Assembly: GCA_964291215.2 (NCBI GenBank)
Contig: OZ219791.1
Location: 2,016,001 to 2,080,000 of the forward strand
Length of the DNA: 64,000 nt
Reading direction: 5' to 3'
Source: Alphaproteobacteria bacterium
GTDB lineage: Bacteria > Pseudomonadota > Alphaproteobacteria > MPNO01 > UBA830
Shown here: in pieces, positions 23,654 through 34,369 of the stretch
How positions within the stretch are numbered: position 1 is the first letter of the stretch
How the letters are laid out: each line of letters opens with the position of its first letter
Translations under genes and position numbers: made by a program
The notes under the pieces: generated by a model
The model's database searches: none
What the model was told of the DNA's origin: nothing
Seen by the model: the letters and a program-made list of their open reading frames with translations, nothing else

Positions 23654-24326
23654 TGCCTTTCCTCTCGTATTGCCGGGAATGCTGCTCAAGTTGAAGCCGC
23701 GTGGGAACATCCATGCCGCGCCGTACCGCCGGCCGTTCACGAACGGCATCATACCATCTCGCAAGGTGCGGTGTAGCGGCGAGGTCGATATCGAGCCATC
23801 GATGCAGCGCGATCCACGGGAAGGCGGCGATATCGGCGATGCTGTACTCCGCACCCGCGAGCCAGGCAACGTCGGCGAGGCGGGTCTCCATCACGGCGCA
23901 CAGCCGGCGCACCTCGGCTCCGTACCGCGTCCTGCCGTAGGTTATCGCTTGCGCCGGTGCGCCGGCTTGGTGCAGGAAATGAAACGCCTGCCCGAATTGC
24001 GGGCCGATGCTGCCCATCTGCCACATGAGCCACTGGATCGCGGTCCATCGCGCGGCTGCGGCCGCGGGAAGGAACGAGGCCGTCTTGTCGGCAAGATAGA
24101 GAAGGATGGCGCCGGATTCGAACAGCGAAAGCGGCTGGTCGCCGGGCCCGTCACGGTCGACGATCGCCGGGATCCTGCCGTTGGGGCTGATCGTCCGGAA
24201 CGCCGGTTCGTACTGTTCGCCGGCAACGATGTCCACGGGATGGAGCTCGTAGTCGAGACCGCACTCCTCGAGCATGATCGAGACCTTGCGCCCGTTTGAC
24301 GTGCGCCAGCTGTAAAGATCGATCAT
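23646..24326 (-). CDS. Nu-class glutathione S-transferase
   Basis: MIDLYSWRTSNGRK, SPNGRIPA, FESGA, YSIADIA. Confidence 0.92.
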   Translation of the reverse strand: MIDLYSWRTSNGRKVSIMLEECGLDYELHPVDIVAGEQYEPAFRTISPNGRIPAIVDRDGPGDQPLSLFESGAILLYLADKTASFLPAAAAARWTAIQWLMWQMGSIGPQFGQAFHFLHQAGAPAQAITYGRTRYGAEVRRLCAVMETRLADVAWLAGAEYSIADIAAFPWIALHRWLDIDLAATPHLARWYDAVRERPAVRRGMDVPTRLQLEQHSRQYERKGND

Positions 24327-24398
24327 CGCCGGCCGGCGGGCGGGAACGCCGCGAGCGGGGGCGAACCCGGATCCCGCCGCCAGGATCCGTTCCGGAGC

Positions 24399-25124
24399 CT
24401 ATTCCGCGGCCAGGCCCTGCGAGGACTGGGTCTTGCCGTACATGATCTCCCAGGCCTTGTCGCTGTGCGTGTTGTCGACGCGCCTGTGATCCTTCAGCGT
24501 CTCCAGCGCCGCGACGACCTGCGGACGCTGCCAGATCCGGTCGCGCCAGCGTTCGAGATTCGGGTATTGGGCAATGTCAATGCCCTGCTTCTTGGGATCG
24601 CGGAGCCATGGCATGATCGCCATGTCGGCAATGGTGTATTCGCCCGCGGCTATCCATTCCTTGTCGGCAAGCCGGCGGTCGATGACGCCATAGATGCGGT
24701 TGCCCTCGTTGACATAGCGGTCGATACCGTACTGCAGGTTTTCGCGCTCGACGCGTTCCGGGGCGTAGGCATGGAAGTGGTGCGCCTGGCCCAGCATCGG
24801 TCCAACCGAACCCATCTGGAACATCAGCCACTGCAGCACGTCGTAGTGCTTGCGTTCGTCCTTCGGCAGGAAGCGGCCGGTCTTGTTGGCGAGATAGATC
24901 AGGATCGCGGCCGACTCGAACACCGAGATCGGTTCGCCGCCGGGTCCGTCCTGGTCGACGATCGCCGGCATCTTGTTGTTGGGGCTGATGCGAAGGAAAT
25001 CCGGTTTGAACTGATCCCCCTGCTGAATGTTGATCGGAATGATCTTGTGTTCGATCTCCGCCTCATGGAGGAGGATATGGACCTTGTGGCCATTGGGCGT
25101 CGGCCAAGTGTAGACATCGATCAT
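24399..25124 (-). CDS. Nu-class glutathione S-transferase (YfcG-like)
   Basis: YTWPTPNGHK, SPNNKMPA, FESAA, YTIADMA. Confidence 0.92.
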   Translation of the reverse strand: MIDVYTWPTPNGHKVHILLHEAEIEHKIIPINIQQGDQFKPDFLRISPNNKMPAIVDQDGPGGEPISVFESAAILIYLANKTGRFLPKDERKHYDVLQWLMFQMGSVGPMLGQAHHFHAYAPERVERENLQYGIDRYVNEGNRIYGVIDRRLADKEWIAAGEYTIADMAIMPWLRDPKKQGIDIAQYPNLERWRDRIWQRPQVVAALETLKDHRRVDNTHSDKAWEIMYGKTQSSQGLAAE

Positions 25125-25194
25125 GGTGCGGTTTTTCCCTTGCTGGTCGCGTGTCTCGTAACTGCAGTGTAGATGATATGTCGCGTTGTTGCGG

Positions 25195-26640
25195 TCAAGC
25201 CTTCAGCCGGTCGCGCAGGATCTCGTTGACCGCCTTCGGATTGGCCTTGCCTCCGGTGGCCTTCATGATCTGGCCGACGAACCAGCCGAGGACCTTCTGG
25301 TTCCCGGAAGCGAACTGGGCCACCTGTTTCGGCGCGCCGGCAATGATCTCGTCGATTGCCGCCTCCAGCGTTGCAGTGTCGCTGACCTGCGTCATGCCCC
25401 GGTCGGCGACGATCCGGGCGGGATCGTCGCCGGTCTCGAACATGATTTCGAAGACATCCTTGGCGAGGCGGTTCGACAGGGTGCCGTCCGAAATCAGGTC
25501 GAGCAGCCGTCCCAGCGCGGCAGTGTCGACCGGGGTGTCGGAAAACGCGATGCCGGCGCGGTTGAGGGCGCCGAACAGCTCGCCGGTCACCCAATTGGCG
25601 GCCATCGCCGCATCGCGGCCGGCGGCCACCGTTTCGTAGTAGTCGGCGATCTCCCGTTCGGCGACAAGGGCGTCGGCGGCGGCGAGGCCGTACTCCTCCA
25701 TGAACCGGCGCTTCTTGACATCGGGCAGCTCGGGCAGGGTCTCGCGGATCGCCGCGATCCAGTCCTCGTCCAGTTCGAGCGGCGGCAGGTCGGGATCGGG
25801 GAAGTAGCGATAATCGTGCGCGTCCTCCTTGTTGCGCATCGGCCGGGTGACGCCCCTGTCGGCATCGAACAGGCGCGTCTCCTGTTCGATTTCGCCGCCG
25901 TCCTCGATGATCTCGATCTGGCGGCGGACCTCGAACTCTATGGCCTGGCGCATGAAGCGGATCGAATTCACGTTCTTGACCTCGCAGCGGGTCCCAAGGC
26001 CCTCTCCCGGTCGCCGCACCGAGATGTTGACGTCCACCCGCAGCGACCCCTCCTGCATGTTGCCGTCGCAGCTGCCGATATAGCGGAGGATGGAGCGCAG
26101 CTTGGCGACATAGGCGCCAGCCTCCTCGGCCGAGCGCAGGTCGGGCTCGGACACGATCTCCATGAGCGCGACGCCCGCGCGGTTGAGATCGACCAGCGTC
26201 CGCCGCGGATCGCGGTCATGCACCGACTTGCCGGCGTCCTGTTCGAGGTGGAGCCGCGTGATCCCGATGTCACGTGCCGTGCCGTCCTCGAGATCGATGC
26301 GGAGGCTGCCGGCACCGACCACGGGGTTCTCGTACTGCGAAATCTGATAGCCCTGCGGAAGATCGGGATAGAAGTAGTTCTTGCGGGCGAATATCGAGAT
26401 CTGGTTGATCTTGGCGTTGAGCGCGAGGCCGGTGCGGACCGCCTGTTCCACCGCGCACGCGTTGAGCACCGGCAGCATGCCCGGCATGGCCGCATCGACG
26501 AACGACACCTGCGTGTTGGGTTCGGCACCGAATTCCGTCGATGCCCCCGAGAAGAGCTTCGACCTGGAGGCGACCTGGGCGTGCACCTCAAGCCCGATGA
26601 CGGTCTCCCAGTCGCCGGTCCTGCCCTGCATCATCGACAT
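25195..26640 (-). CDS. gatB: Asp/Glu-tRNA amidotransferase subunit B
   Basis: [34 protein letters not shown]. Confidence 0.97.
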   Translation of the reverse strand: MSMMQGRTGDWETVIGLEVHAQVASRSKLFSGASTEFGAEPNTQVSFVDAAMPGMLPVLNACAVEQAVRTGLALNAKINQISIFARKNYFYPDLPQGYQISQYENPVVGAGSLRIDLEDGTARDIGITRLHLEQDAGKSVHDRDPRRTLVDLNRAGVALMEIVSEPDLRSAEEAGAYVAKLRSILRYIGSCDGNMQEGSLRVDVNISVRRPGEGLGTRCEVKNVNSIRFMRQAIEFEVRRQIEIIEDGGEIEQETRLFDADRGVTRPMRNKEDAHDYRYFPDPDLPPLELDEDWIAAIRETLPELPDVKKRRFMEEYGLAAADALVAEREIADYYETVAAGRDAAMAANWVTGELFGALNRAGIAFSDTPVDTAALGRLLDLISDGTLSNRLAKDVFEIMFETGDDPARIVADRGMTQVSDTATLEAAIDEIIAGAPKQVAQFASGNQKVLGWFVGQIMKATGGKANPKAVNEILRDRLKA

Positions 26641-26668
26641 CTCGCCCCTTTCTCCCGGAGCCTTCCGG

Positions 26669-26977
26669 TCATCCCCGCATCAGCCAGGCCACGAACAGCG
26701 TCAGCAGGGTAAACGCGCTGACCCGGAACGCATAGAGCCGTCCCATGCGCAGCCAGTAGTTCCGCGTCTCCTGGCGCCGCTGCTCGACAGAACCGGTGTG
26801 CGCCCGCATGTTCTCGAATTTCGGCCAGGTGAGGCGGTAGAGTTCGTAGGTCGGCCACAACTGCACGCTGGCGCATAGCGCGATCGCCGCCAGCATGCCG
26901 AGGTTCGAGAAATCGAGGAGCCGGTAGCCGATCAGGCCGAGGCTGGTATGGATCAGGATGTACCAGGCAAGCGCCAT
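26669..26977 (-). CDS. Small hypothetical membrane protein within the gat operon
   Basis: 102 aa, about three hydrophobic segments, co-oriented between gatA and gatB. Confidence 0.65.
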   Translation of the reverse strand: MALAWYILIHTSLGLIGYRLLDFSNLGMLAAIALCASVQLWPTYELYRLTWPKFENMRAHTGSVEQRRQETRNYWLRMGRLYAFRVSAFTLLTLFVAWLMRG

Positions 26978-26991
26978 CGCGCCACGGGCCG

Positions 26992-28497
26992 TCAGCAGGC
27001 ATCGCCGCCGGCGTCCTGCGCGCCCGTGCCGCTGGGCGCGGCGGTGTCGAATCCGGCCGCGTCCTCGATCGCGCGCGCTGCCGAGAACAGCGTCGGCTCG
27101 TCGAACGGGCGTGCGATTAGCTGCAGGCCGAGCGGCAGCCCGTCCGCGGTCAGCCCTGCGGGAACCGAGATCGCAGGCAGTCCGGCCAGCGAGCTTGGCA
27201 CCGTGAGCATGTCGTTCAGGTACATGGCGATCGGATCGTCGGACTTTTCGCCCATGGCAAAGGCCGGTTCCGGCGTCGTCGGCGTCAGGATCACGTCGCA
27301 GCTTTCGAAGGCTTCCGTGAAGTCGCGGATGATGAGGGTGCGCACCTGCTGCGCCTTCACGTAGTAGGCGTCGTAATAGCCCTGCGACAGTACGTAGGTG
27401 CCGATGAGGATGCGCCGCCGGACTTCGGCGCCGAAGCCCACGCTCCTTGTCTTCCCGTACATGCTGCCGAGGTCGTCGGCATCTTCGCGCAGGCCGTAGC
27501 GCACGCCGTCATAGCGTGCCAGGTTGGACGAGGCCTCGGCCGGGGCAATTATGTAGTAGGCCGGAAGCGCGTAACGGGTGTGCTTCAGGCTGATCCCGAC
27601 GGGTTCGGCGCCGGCTGCCGCGAGCCATTCCCGCCCGCGGTCCCAGAGCGCGGCAACATCCGGATTGATGCCGTCGACCGCGTATTCCGCGGGGATCCCG
27701 ACTCTGAGGCCGCGCACCGGGCGTTCGAGCGCGGCCTCGCAGTCGGGCTGCGGAACGTCGGCGGAGGTGGAATCCGCCGGATCGAAGCCCGCCATACCGC
27801 CGAGCATGATCGCCGCGTCGCGCACCGTGCGCGTCATCGGGCCCGCCTGGTCGAGCGAAGACGCGAAGGCCACGATCCCCCAGCGGGAACATCTTCCGTA
27901 GGTCGGCTTCATCCCGACGATGCCGCAGAACGCGGCCGGCTGGCGGATGGATCCGCCGGTGTCGGTTCCCACCGCGCCGGCGCAGAGCCGCGCCGCGACG
28001 GCCGCGGCCGAACCGCCCGAGGATCCTCCGGGGACCAGTGGCCGGTCGTCGCCGCTGCGCCGCCAGGGGTTGACGACCCCGCCGAAATGGCTCGTTTCGC
28101 TGGATGAGCCCATTGCGAACTCGTCGAGATTGGTCTTGCCCAGGAGCACGCTGCCGGCATGGCGGAGATTGGCCGAGACCGTGCTTTCGTAGGGCGGAAC
28201 GAAGCCCTCGAGAATGCGCGATGCCGCCGTCGTCATGATCCCTTCGGTGCACAGGAGATCCTTTACGGCGATCGGTACGCCGTCGAGCGGACCGAGGGTG
28301 TCCTTGGCGGCGCGCCGGGCGTCGGACGCGTCGGCGTCGGCGAGCGCGCGCTCCGGGGTTTCGGTGACGAACGCGTTCAGCGCCCGTCCGTCCGCCATCG
28401 CCGCGATGTGCGCTTCGGCCAGTTCGTGCGCCGAGATCTCGCCTGCCGCGAGGAGGTCGCGTCCATCGGCGATGGAGAGGTCTGTCAGGCCGACCAC
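26992..28497 (-). CDS. gatA: Asp/Glu-tRNA amidotransferase subunit A
   Basis: [38 protein letters not shown]; GTG start inferred. Confidence 0.96.
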   Translation of the reverse strand: MVGLTDLSIADGRDLLAAGEISAHELAEAHIAAMADGRALNAFVTETPERALADADASDARRAAKDTLGPLDGVPIAVKDLLCTEGIMTTAASRILEGFVPPYESTVSANLRHAGSVLLGKTNLDEFAMGSSSETSHFGGVVNPWRRSGDDRPLVPGGSSGGSAAAVAARLCAGAVGTDTGGSIRQPAAFCGIVGMKPTYGRCSRWGIVAFASSLDQAGPMTRTVRDAAIMLGGMAGFDPADSTSADVPQPDCEAALERPVRGLRVGIPAEYAVDGINPDVAALWDRGREWLAAAGAEPVGISLKHTRYALPAYYIIAPAEASSNLARYDGVRYGLREDADDLGSMYGKTRSVGFGAEVRRRILIGTYVLSQGYYDAYYVKAQQVRTLIIRDFTEAFESCDVILTPTTPEPAFAMGEKSDDPIAMYLNDMLTVPSSLAGLPAISVPAGLTADGLPLGLQLIARPFDEPTLFSAARAIEDAAGFDTAAPSGTGAQDAGGDAC

Positions 28498-28784
28498 TAC
28501 TCGACCACTTTCGGCACGGCGAACATATCCTGTTGTCGGTCGGGCGCGTTGGCGGTGACCTTTTCGGCGATTCCGCCGTCCGTGATCTCGTCGGAGCGAT
28601 GGCGCAACCTGGTCTTGGTCACCGAAGCGACCGGCGGGACGCCGGCGGTGTCCACCTCCCCGAGCTGCTCGACCCAGAGCAGGATATTCGAAAGCTCCTC
28701 GGCGAGCGGTCCGAGGTCGTCCTCGGACACGTCCACGCGGGCGAGCCGCGCGATGCCCCTGACTGTTTCCTGGTCTACGGACAT
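28497..28784 (-). CDS. gatC: Asp/Glu-tRNA amidotransferase subunit C
   Basis: [16 protein letters not shown]...NAP....FAVPKVVE. Confidence 0.95.
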   Translation of the reverse strand: MSVDQETVRGIARLARVDVSEDDLGPLAEELSNILLWVEQLGEVDTAGVPPVASVTKTRLRHRSDEITDGGIAEKVTANAPDRQQDMFAVPKVVE

Positions 28785-28892
28785 GTGCGGTCGATCCTTC
28801 GGGGAAAAGCGCGGCGAACCTATCACTGGGCCCGGGGAGCGGCAAGGCGGGCGCTTCTTCCCTGCGCCGCGCCGGTGGCGTATGTATGGGGT

Positions 28893-29369
28893 GTGATAGT
28901 CGATGAGCTCATAGCGCTGTCCGAACGGCTGCCCGAACGCGCCTGCCTGGCCGGCCTCGACCACGGCACCAAGACCATCGGCGTCGCGGTCTCCGACGAC
29001 GAACGCAGGGTTGCCGCTGCGCTGACGACGATCCGGCGCACGAAATTCACCCGTGACGCAGAGGCGCTCATCGGCATCCTGTCCGAATACGGGATTGCGG
29101 GAATCGTCCTCGGTCTGCCGCTCAGCATGGATGGCACCGAGGGCAGGCGGTGCCAGTCCGTGCGCCAGTTCGCCGACAACCTGTCGCACAAGACCGATAT
29201 TCCGATCGCCTTCTGGGACGAACGCCTGTCCTCGCGGGCTGTCGAACGTCAGCTGATCGCACACGACGTCAGCCGCCGCCGCCGCGCCGCTGCCGTCGAC
29301 AGGATGGCGGCCCAGGTCATCCTTCAGGGCGCCCTGGACCATCTTGCCTTGCGGCAGGATCGCCGATAG
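28893..29369 (+). CDS. ruvX: YqgF/RuvX pre-16S rRNA maturation nuclease
   Basis: [36 protein letters not shown]. Confidence 0.93.
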   Translation: MIVDELIALSERLPERACLAGLDHGTKTIGVAVSDDERRVAAALTTIRRTKFTRDAEALIGILSEYGIAGIVLGLPLSMDGTEGRRCQSVRQFADNLSHKTDIPIAFWDERLSSRAVERQLIAHDVSRRRRAAAVDRMAAQVILQGALDHLALRQDRR

Positions 29370-29402
29370 CCGGGACGGTGCGGCGGAAGCCCGCCATTCC
29401 GT

Positions 29403-30098
29403 TCAGCCGGCGGCGATAGGCTCGATGCAGCGGGGGTCGTCGTGGTGGGCGCTGTTGACCAGGGTGCTCACCCTGACCGATGTCATCGCGCGGTCCGGGA
29501 AAGGGGTGAGAGGGACATCGTCGCCGGCCAGCCACGTTCCCGCCGCTTCCGGGTCCAGAATTACCGGCATGCGGTGATGAACGGGGCCCACGACACCGTT
29601 CGCCTCGGTTGTCAGGATGGTGCAGGTCTCGAGCGGGTTGCTCGAGGGCCGGTCGTCGAAAAGGCCCGGAAGTCCGGCTTCGGGCGGCGCCGTCCAGCTC
29701 TCCCAGAGGCCAGCCAGCGCGAACGGCCGCCGGTATCTCGTGGTAAAGAGGTAGGGCTGGCGCTGCCCTTCTTCGCGTTTCCACTCGAAGAATCCGTCCG
29801 CCGGAACGATGCAGCGCTGGGCCCTGAACGCTGCGCGGAATGACGGTTTTTCGCGTACGGTCTCGGCGCGCGCGTTGATGAGCCGGTGGCCGATTCCGGG
29901 GTCTGCAGCCCTGGGCGGCACGAGCCCCCACCGGAGCATTGCCAGGCACCGTCCGTCCCGTTCGCCGCGTATCGCCGCTACCTGCTGTCCCGGCGCGACA
30001 TTGTAGCGCGGCTTGAGGTCGACCGGGGGACCGTTGAGCGCACCGAACAGTTCGATCAGGTCGTCCCAGGAGAAGCTCTGGGTAAATCTTCCGCACAT
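29403..30098 (-). CDS. SOS response-associated peptidase (SRAP/YedK)
   Basis: MCGRF, RYNVAP, INARAET, GFFEW, HHRMPVIL. Confidence 0.95.
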   Translation of the reverse strand: MCGRFTQSFSWDDLIELFGALNGPPVDLKPRYNVAPGQQVAAIRGERDGRCLAMLRWGLVPPRAADPGIGHRLINARAETVREKPSFRAAFRAQRCIVPADGFFEWKREEGQRQPYLFTTRYRRPFALAGLWESWTAPPEAGLPGLFDDRPSSNPLETCTILTTEANGVVGPVHHRMPVILDPEAAGTWLAGDDVPLTPFPDRAMTSVRVSTLVNSAHHDDPRCIEPIAAG

Positions 30099-30247
30099 TA
30101 CGGCGCGCCGCCGCGGACCGTATCCGGCCATGATGGCGGGTCGGCAGGCATGCCCCGGCGCGGTGTGGGCGCGTTTGCAATCTCCTGCCGATCGGCTAAT
30201 ATACTATTGATATTCATTAGCAAGTATAACGCTGCGGCGGAAAGCCC

Positions 30248-30460
30248 ATGTACGTCTGCATCTGCAACGCGATTCGCGAGACGGAAGTCCGGGAACTCGT
30301 CCGCGCCGGCATCAGGACCGCCGAGCAGGCCTATGAGACATTCGGCTGCCAGCCGCTTTGCACCCACTGCGCCGACTACATGCAGGAGGTTCTCGGTGAG
30401 GAGGTTCGGCAGATCGAGGCCGCGTCGGCGCAGCCTTATTCGGGACTTGTGAACGACTGA
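30248..30460 (+). CDS. bfd: Bacterioferritin-associated ferredoxin
   Basis: MYVCICNAI...C..C. Confidence 0.9.
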   Translation: MYVCICNAIRETEVRELVRAGIRTAEQAYETFGCQPLCTHCADYMQEVLGEEVRQIEAASAQPYSGLVND

Positions 30461-30909
30461 AGGAAATTCTGGAGCCCGACGCTCTCGATCAGGGCGAGCT
30501 GGGTTTCCAGCCAGTCTATGTGTTCCTCTTCGTTCTCCATGATGGCCACGAAAATGTCGCGCGAAACATAATCGGCGACCTTCTCGCAGTGCCCTGCCGC
30601 CACGACCAGGTCCTTGTGGGAATCGTGCTCGAGTTGAAGATCTGCTCGCAGGGCCTCCTCGACGTTCTCTCCGATCCGCAGGCGCCCGAGATTCTGGAGG
30701 TTGGGAATCCCGTCGAGAAAGAGGATGCGCCCGATCAGCGTGTCGGCATGCTTCATCTCGTCGATGGACTCGCGGTATTCGATGTCGTTGAGCTTGTCCA
30801 GGCCCCAGTTCTTGAACATGCGCGCGTGAAGGAAGTACTGGTTGATGGCGGTCAACTCGTTCTTCAGCACCGTGTTGAGGTGTTGGATCACATCCTTGTC
30901 GCCCTGCAT
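30436..30909 (-). CDS. bfr: Bacterioferritin
   Basis: [37 protein letters not shown]. Confidence 0.97.
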   Translation of the reverse strand: MQGDKDVIQHLNTVLKNELTAINQYFLHARMFKNWGLDKLNDIEYRESIDEMKHADTLIGRILFLDGIPNLQNLGRLRIGENVEEALRADLQLEHDSHKDLVVAAGHCEKVADYVSRDIFVAIMENEEEHIDWLETQLALIESVGLQNFLQSFTSPE

Positions 30910-30965
30910 TCTGCTGCTCCTTCCCGCTTCCCGGTCTCTTTGCCGCCAGCGCATACCCTAGCCAC

Positions 30966-31346
30966 TTAAGTTTGTGGCTGCAATCCGCCGGCGACCATGG
31001 GGCCGAGCTGCGCGCCGGCCAAGATGTGGACATGGAGATGCATCACCTCCTGCTGGGCGTCGTCGCCGTGGTTGGTGATGAGCCGGTATCCTGTTGCGTC
31101 GACGCCCAGGAGTGCTGCCGTTTCCCCGATCGCCGCCACGTACCCGGCCTGCGCAGCCGGCGGCGCATTGGCTGCGAAATCGGCCCACGATACGTATGGC
31201 CCCTTGGGGATCACGAGCACATGGACCGGCGCCTGGGGGTTGATGTCCTTGAAGGCCAGGGCGTGCCCGGTCTCGTGAACCTTGGTGCAGGGGATCTCGC
31301 CGCGGAGAATCCGGGCAAAGAGGTTGCTGTCGTCATATGCCGTCAT
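30966..31346 (-). CDS. HIT-family nucleotide-binding protein
   Basis: FARILRGEIP, DINPQAPVH, HLHVHIL triad. Confidence 0.93.
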   Translation of the reverse strand: MTAYDDSNLFARILRGEIPCTKVHETGHALAFKDINPQAPVHVLVIPKGPYVSWADFAANAPPAAQAGYVAAIGETAALLGVDATGYRLITNHGDDAQQEVMHLHVHILAGAQLGPMVAGGLQPQT

Positions 31347-31681
31347 GTCTTTCCTCGTGAAGCTTTTTCCTGCAGCCCGGACACGCCCTCGCGCCGCGCC
31401 AGTTCTGCGGCGATGTCCGCCGGCGTTATGCCGGCATCGGCCCATGCGACGAGCAGATGATAGAGGAGGTCGGCGCTTTCCGAGACCAGCGCATCGCGAT
31501 CGTGCGCGATCGCCGCGATAACCGTTTCCAGCGCTTCTTCACCCAGCTTGCGCGCGACCTTCTCCGTGCCGTCCGCCAGCAACCGCGCCGTGTAGGACGA
31601 GGACGTATCGCCCCCGGCCCGCGATCTGACGACCGCATGGAGGCGGTCGATCACCTCACCGATGTCTCTGCTGTCTGTCAT
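31343..31681 (-). CDS. hisE: Phosphoribosyl-ATP pyrophosphatase
   Basis: SYTARL, KLGEEALE, ESADLLYH. Confidence 0.95.
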   Translation of the reverse strand: MTDSRDIGEVIDRLHAVVRSRAGGDTSSSYTARLLADGTEKVARKLGEEALETVIAAIAHDRDALVSESADLLYHLLVAWADAGITPADIAAELARREGVSGLQEKASRGKT

Positions 31682-31709
31682 GGGCCCGCCGTGCCGGCCT
31701 GTCTCGGGA

Positions 31710-32725
31710 CGACCGGTTTGCTGCTCACCGCTGGCCGGCGTCGCGAACCTGGCAGCGGAGCCGGTCGAAGCAGCCCGCGGCGATCATGACCGCCGCCGGT
31801 GATGCTGCTGCTTCGAGAAGCGGAGCGCACAAGCGCCGGAAGTCGAGATCCTTGCATATCGGCTCGCGGACATGTTTGCTCGAAGTGCCGCAGCCGCGCC
31901 TGCCGACCCGATCGTCCGCGAAGCCTCCGATGGGCTTGGGCGGCGAAACGTTCATCCTGCTCATGGCGCGACACCGTTATGCATTGACCTGTCAAGTTTG
32001 CCCCGATCTTGCGAACCGGGATCTCGTTTCGTCCCCAGCAGCTTGCACGGTTCAGCATTAGGACAGGCCATGACGAAGAAGAAAACCCGAAAGTCGCTGG
32101 CGGGTCTGCCGTCCCATGAGCTTGCAATCTTCGCGAGCGCGCACAAGGTCCCGCACCGCTTCCTGCTCTTGGTCGGGAACCCGCACCGCTGTCAGCATCC
32201 CGGCACGATTCCCACTTGCCAAGCCTTCCGAATGACGGCGATCGGTCTTGACGCGCAACCCCGACTTCACCGGAATCAGACTCGGCGCGACCACCGCACA
32301 GTCGTGGCCGAAGCCAGTGACCTGAAGATGAAGCCCGTAGCGGCACGGACCCGCCTCGTAACAGACACTCAAAGCCTCACCATCCGGCGTCAGCTTCTTC
32401 AGAAGACGATCCACCGATACCAAGTCATTGCGAATCTCACCCCACGGCGATCCCACGCTGCTAATCCGGCGACGACTGGCGAGATTTTCTCAGTTTGCGT
32501 CGCGCTGCAATCGTGCCGCCAAGGCTCGATGGGGCCTTCTCGGCACGAAAATTGCGATCAAGGAGGCGATCTGTGATGAGCCCCAACGCATTCGGATTTC
32601 GCGTTTCCGAATTAGCGTGGGATCGTCGTGATCTCACCCAGATACTCCGGAACCTCCTGCCCCGGACGCGCTACCGCAATCCTGTCCTGGTGGACATCAA
32701 ACCCCACATATGCGCTATACTCCAT
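31710..32725 (-). pseudogene. IS110-family transposase remnant interrupted by a MITE
   Basis: YVGFDVHQ, CYEAGP, APSLIP, VKTDRR, RDLVRARED. Confidence 0.8.
32443..32630. mobile_element. 188-bp MITE
   Basis: 17-bp IRs CACGGCGATCCCACGCT / AGCGTGGGATCGTCGTG; 9-bp TSD ATCTCACCC at 32434-32442 and 32631-32639. Confidence 0.85.
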
Positions 32726-33043
32726 GCGATCTGTCCTCCTCTCCTAGGTGGCGGCTCTGTACCGAAGGTAACGCGCTATTTCTTCTGGCGCACAAGCCGC
32801 GAATCACAAGATCCGACAGGACAGGTCAATACATATAGTCTAGCGGCGTCGGCGAAAATTGGCAAGAACAATTCGGCCGGGCTGCCGCTTCCGGGCCCCC
32901 GAAATTGTCGCCGCCGGCAGACAGGCGCGCGGGATGTCCGCTCTCCGTTCGGTGCCGCGAATGCTCGCACGCGAACGCGACGGACACCCCGTATCCACCG
33001 GGACCTCTGGCCGGCGAATGCCCGCGGACTTGCGGCCGTCCGG

Positions 33044-34345
33044 TCATGTCTTTTCGTGAATCTTGCGGCCGCCGGCGTAGGTGGCCCGGACCGCGCGGTC
33101 GTCGGCCAGCACCATCTGCGCGAACAGGAGGTCCCGAAGGTTCTCCGCCCGTTCGACCCTCTGGCGGATGATCGGAGTCGATTCCGGATCCAGCACCGTC
33201 ATGTCGGCCTCGAAACCCGGCGCTATGCGGCCGATCTGGTCGCCGAGCGAGAGCGCATCCGCGGCGCCCGCCGTCGACAGCCAGAACGCCTCTTCGGGCG
33301 CAAGCGTCCGCCCGTTCAGTTGCGCGATTTCGTAGGCGGCCTTCATGGTGGCAAATGGCGATAGCGATGAACCGCCGCCGACATCGCTGCCGAGCAGTAC
33401 CGGGATCCCGGCCCCTCTGGTCCGGGCGATGTCGAACAGGCCGCTCCCCATGAACAGGTTTGAGGTCGGGCAATGGACGAACCGCGAACCGCTCGATGCG
33501 GCGAGGCCGAGATCGTCCTCGTCCATGTGAATCGCGTGTCCGAACAGTGATCGCGGGCCGAGCAGCCCGAAACCGTGATAGATGTCGAGATAGGATCTCG
33601 CTTTCGGAAACAGTTCACGGACCCAGCGGATCTCGTCGAGATTTTCCGACAGGTGGGTCTGCATGTACACGTCAGGAAACTCGCCGAGCAGGGCGGCGCA
33701 GGCTTCGAGCTGGGCCGGCGTGCTCGTGGGCGCGAATCTCGGCGTGACGGCATAGAGGCTGCGTTCGCGCCCATGCCAGGTCTCGATCAGCGAGCGGCTG
33801 TGGTCGTAACCGCTCTCGGCGCTGTCGCGCACCGCGTCAGGCGCATTGCGGTCCATGAGTACCTTTCCGGCAATCATGCGGAGTCCGCGCGCCTCGGACT
33901 CCTCGAAAAACGCTGTGACCGATTCGGGGTGAACCGTGCAATAGACCGCGGCGGTCGTCGTGCCGGCGGCGAGCAGCAGGTCAAGAAACAGGCGCGCCAT
34001 CGAGGCGGCATGGTCAGGATCCGTGAACCTTGCCTCCTCGGGAAAGGTGTAGGCCTCCAGCCATTCCAGAAGCTGGGCTCCATAAGAGGCGACCACCCCG
34101 ATCTGGGGGTAGTGGACGTGGGCATCGATGAATCCCGGGAGAATTATTTCGCGGCCGTAGGCGTGCGTGGAAGCGCCGGCCGCCAGGTGTCCGGGCAGTT
34201 CTGGCCGCCGTCCGACCCAGGTGATCTTTCCGTCCTCGACCAGCACCGCGCCGCTCTCGATCCAGGTGACGGCGTCCGGGTTGGCGGCCGGATCGTCGTC
34301 GAACGACAGCACGTTGCCGGTCAGGAGAAGGCGGTCTTCGGCCAT
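33044..34345 (-). CDS. guaD: Guanine deaminase
   Basis: PGFIDAHVHYPQ, TPRFAP, QTHLSEN, HCPTSN, GSDVGGG. Confidence 0.95.
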   Translation of the reverse strand: MAEDRLLLTGNVLSFDDDPAANPDAVTWIESGAVLVEDGKITWVGRRPELPGHLAAGASTHAYGREIILPGFIDAHVHYPQIGVVASYGAQLLEWLEAYTFPEEARFTDPDHAASMARLFLDLLLAAGTTTAAVYCTVHPESVTAFFEESEARGLRMIAGKVLMDRNAPDAVRDSAESGYDHSRSLIETWHGRERSLYAVTPRFAPTSTPAQLEACAALLGEFPDVYMQTHLSENLDEIRWVRELFPKARSYLDIYHGFGLLGPRSLFGHAIHMDEDDLGLAASSGSRFVHCPTSNLFMGSGLFDIARTRGAGIPVLLGSDVGGGSSLSPFATMKAAYEIAQLNGRTLAPEEAFWLSTAGAADALSLGDQIGRIAPGFEADMTVLDPESTPIIRQRVERAENLRDLLFAQMVLADDRAVRATYAGGRKIHEKT

Positions 34346-34369
34346 GCCGGGATTTCCGCACCACCCGGC

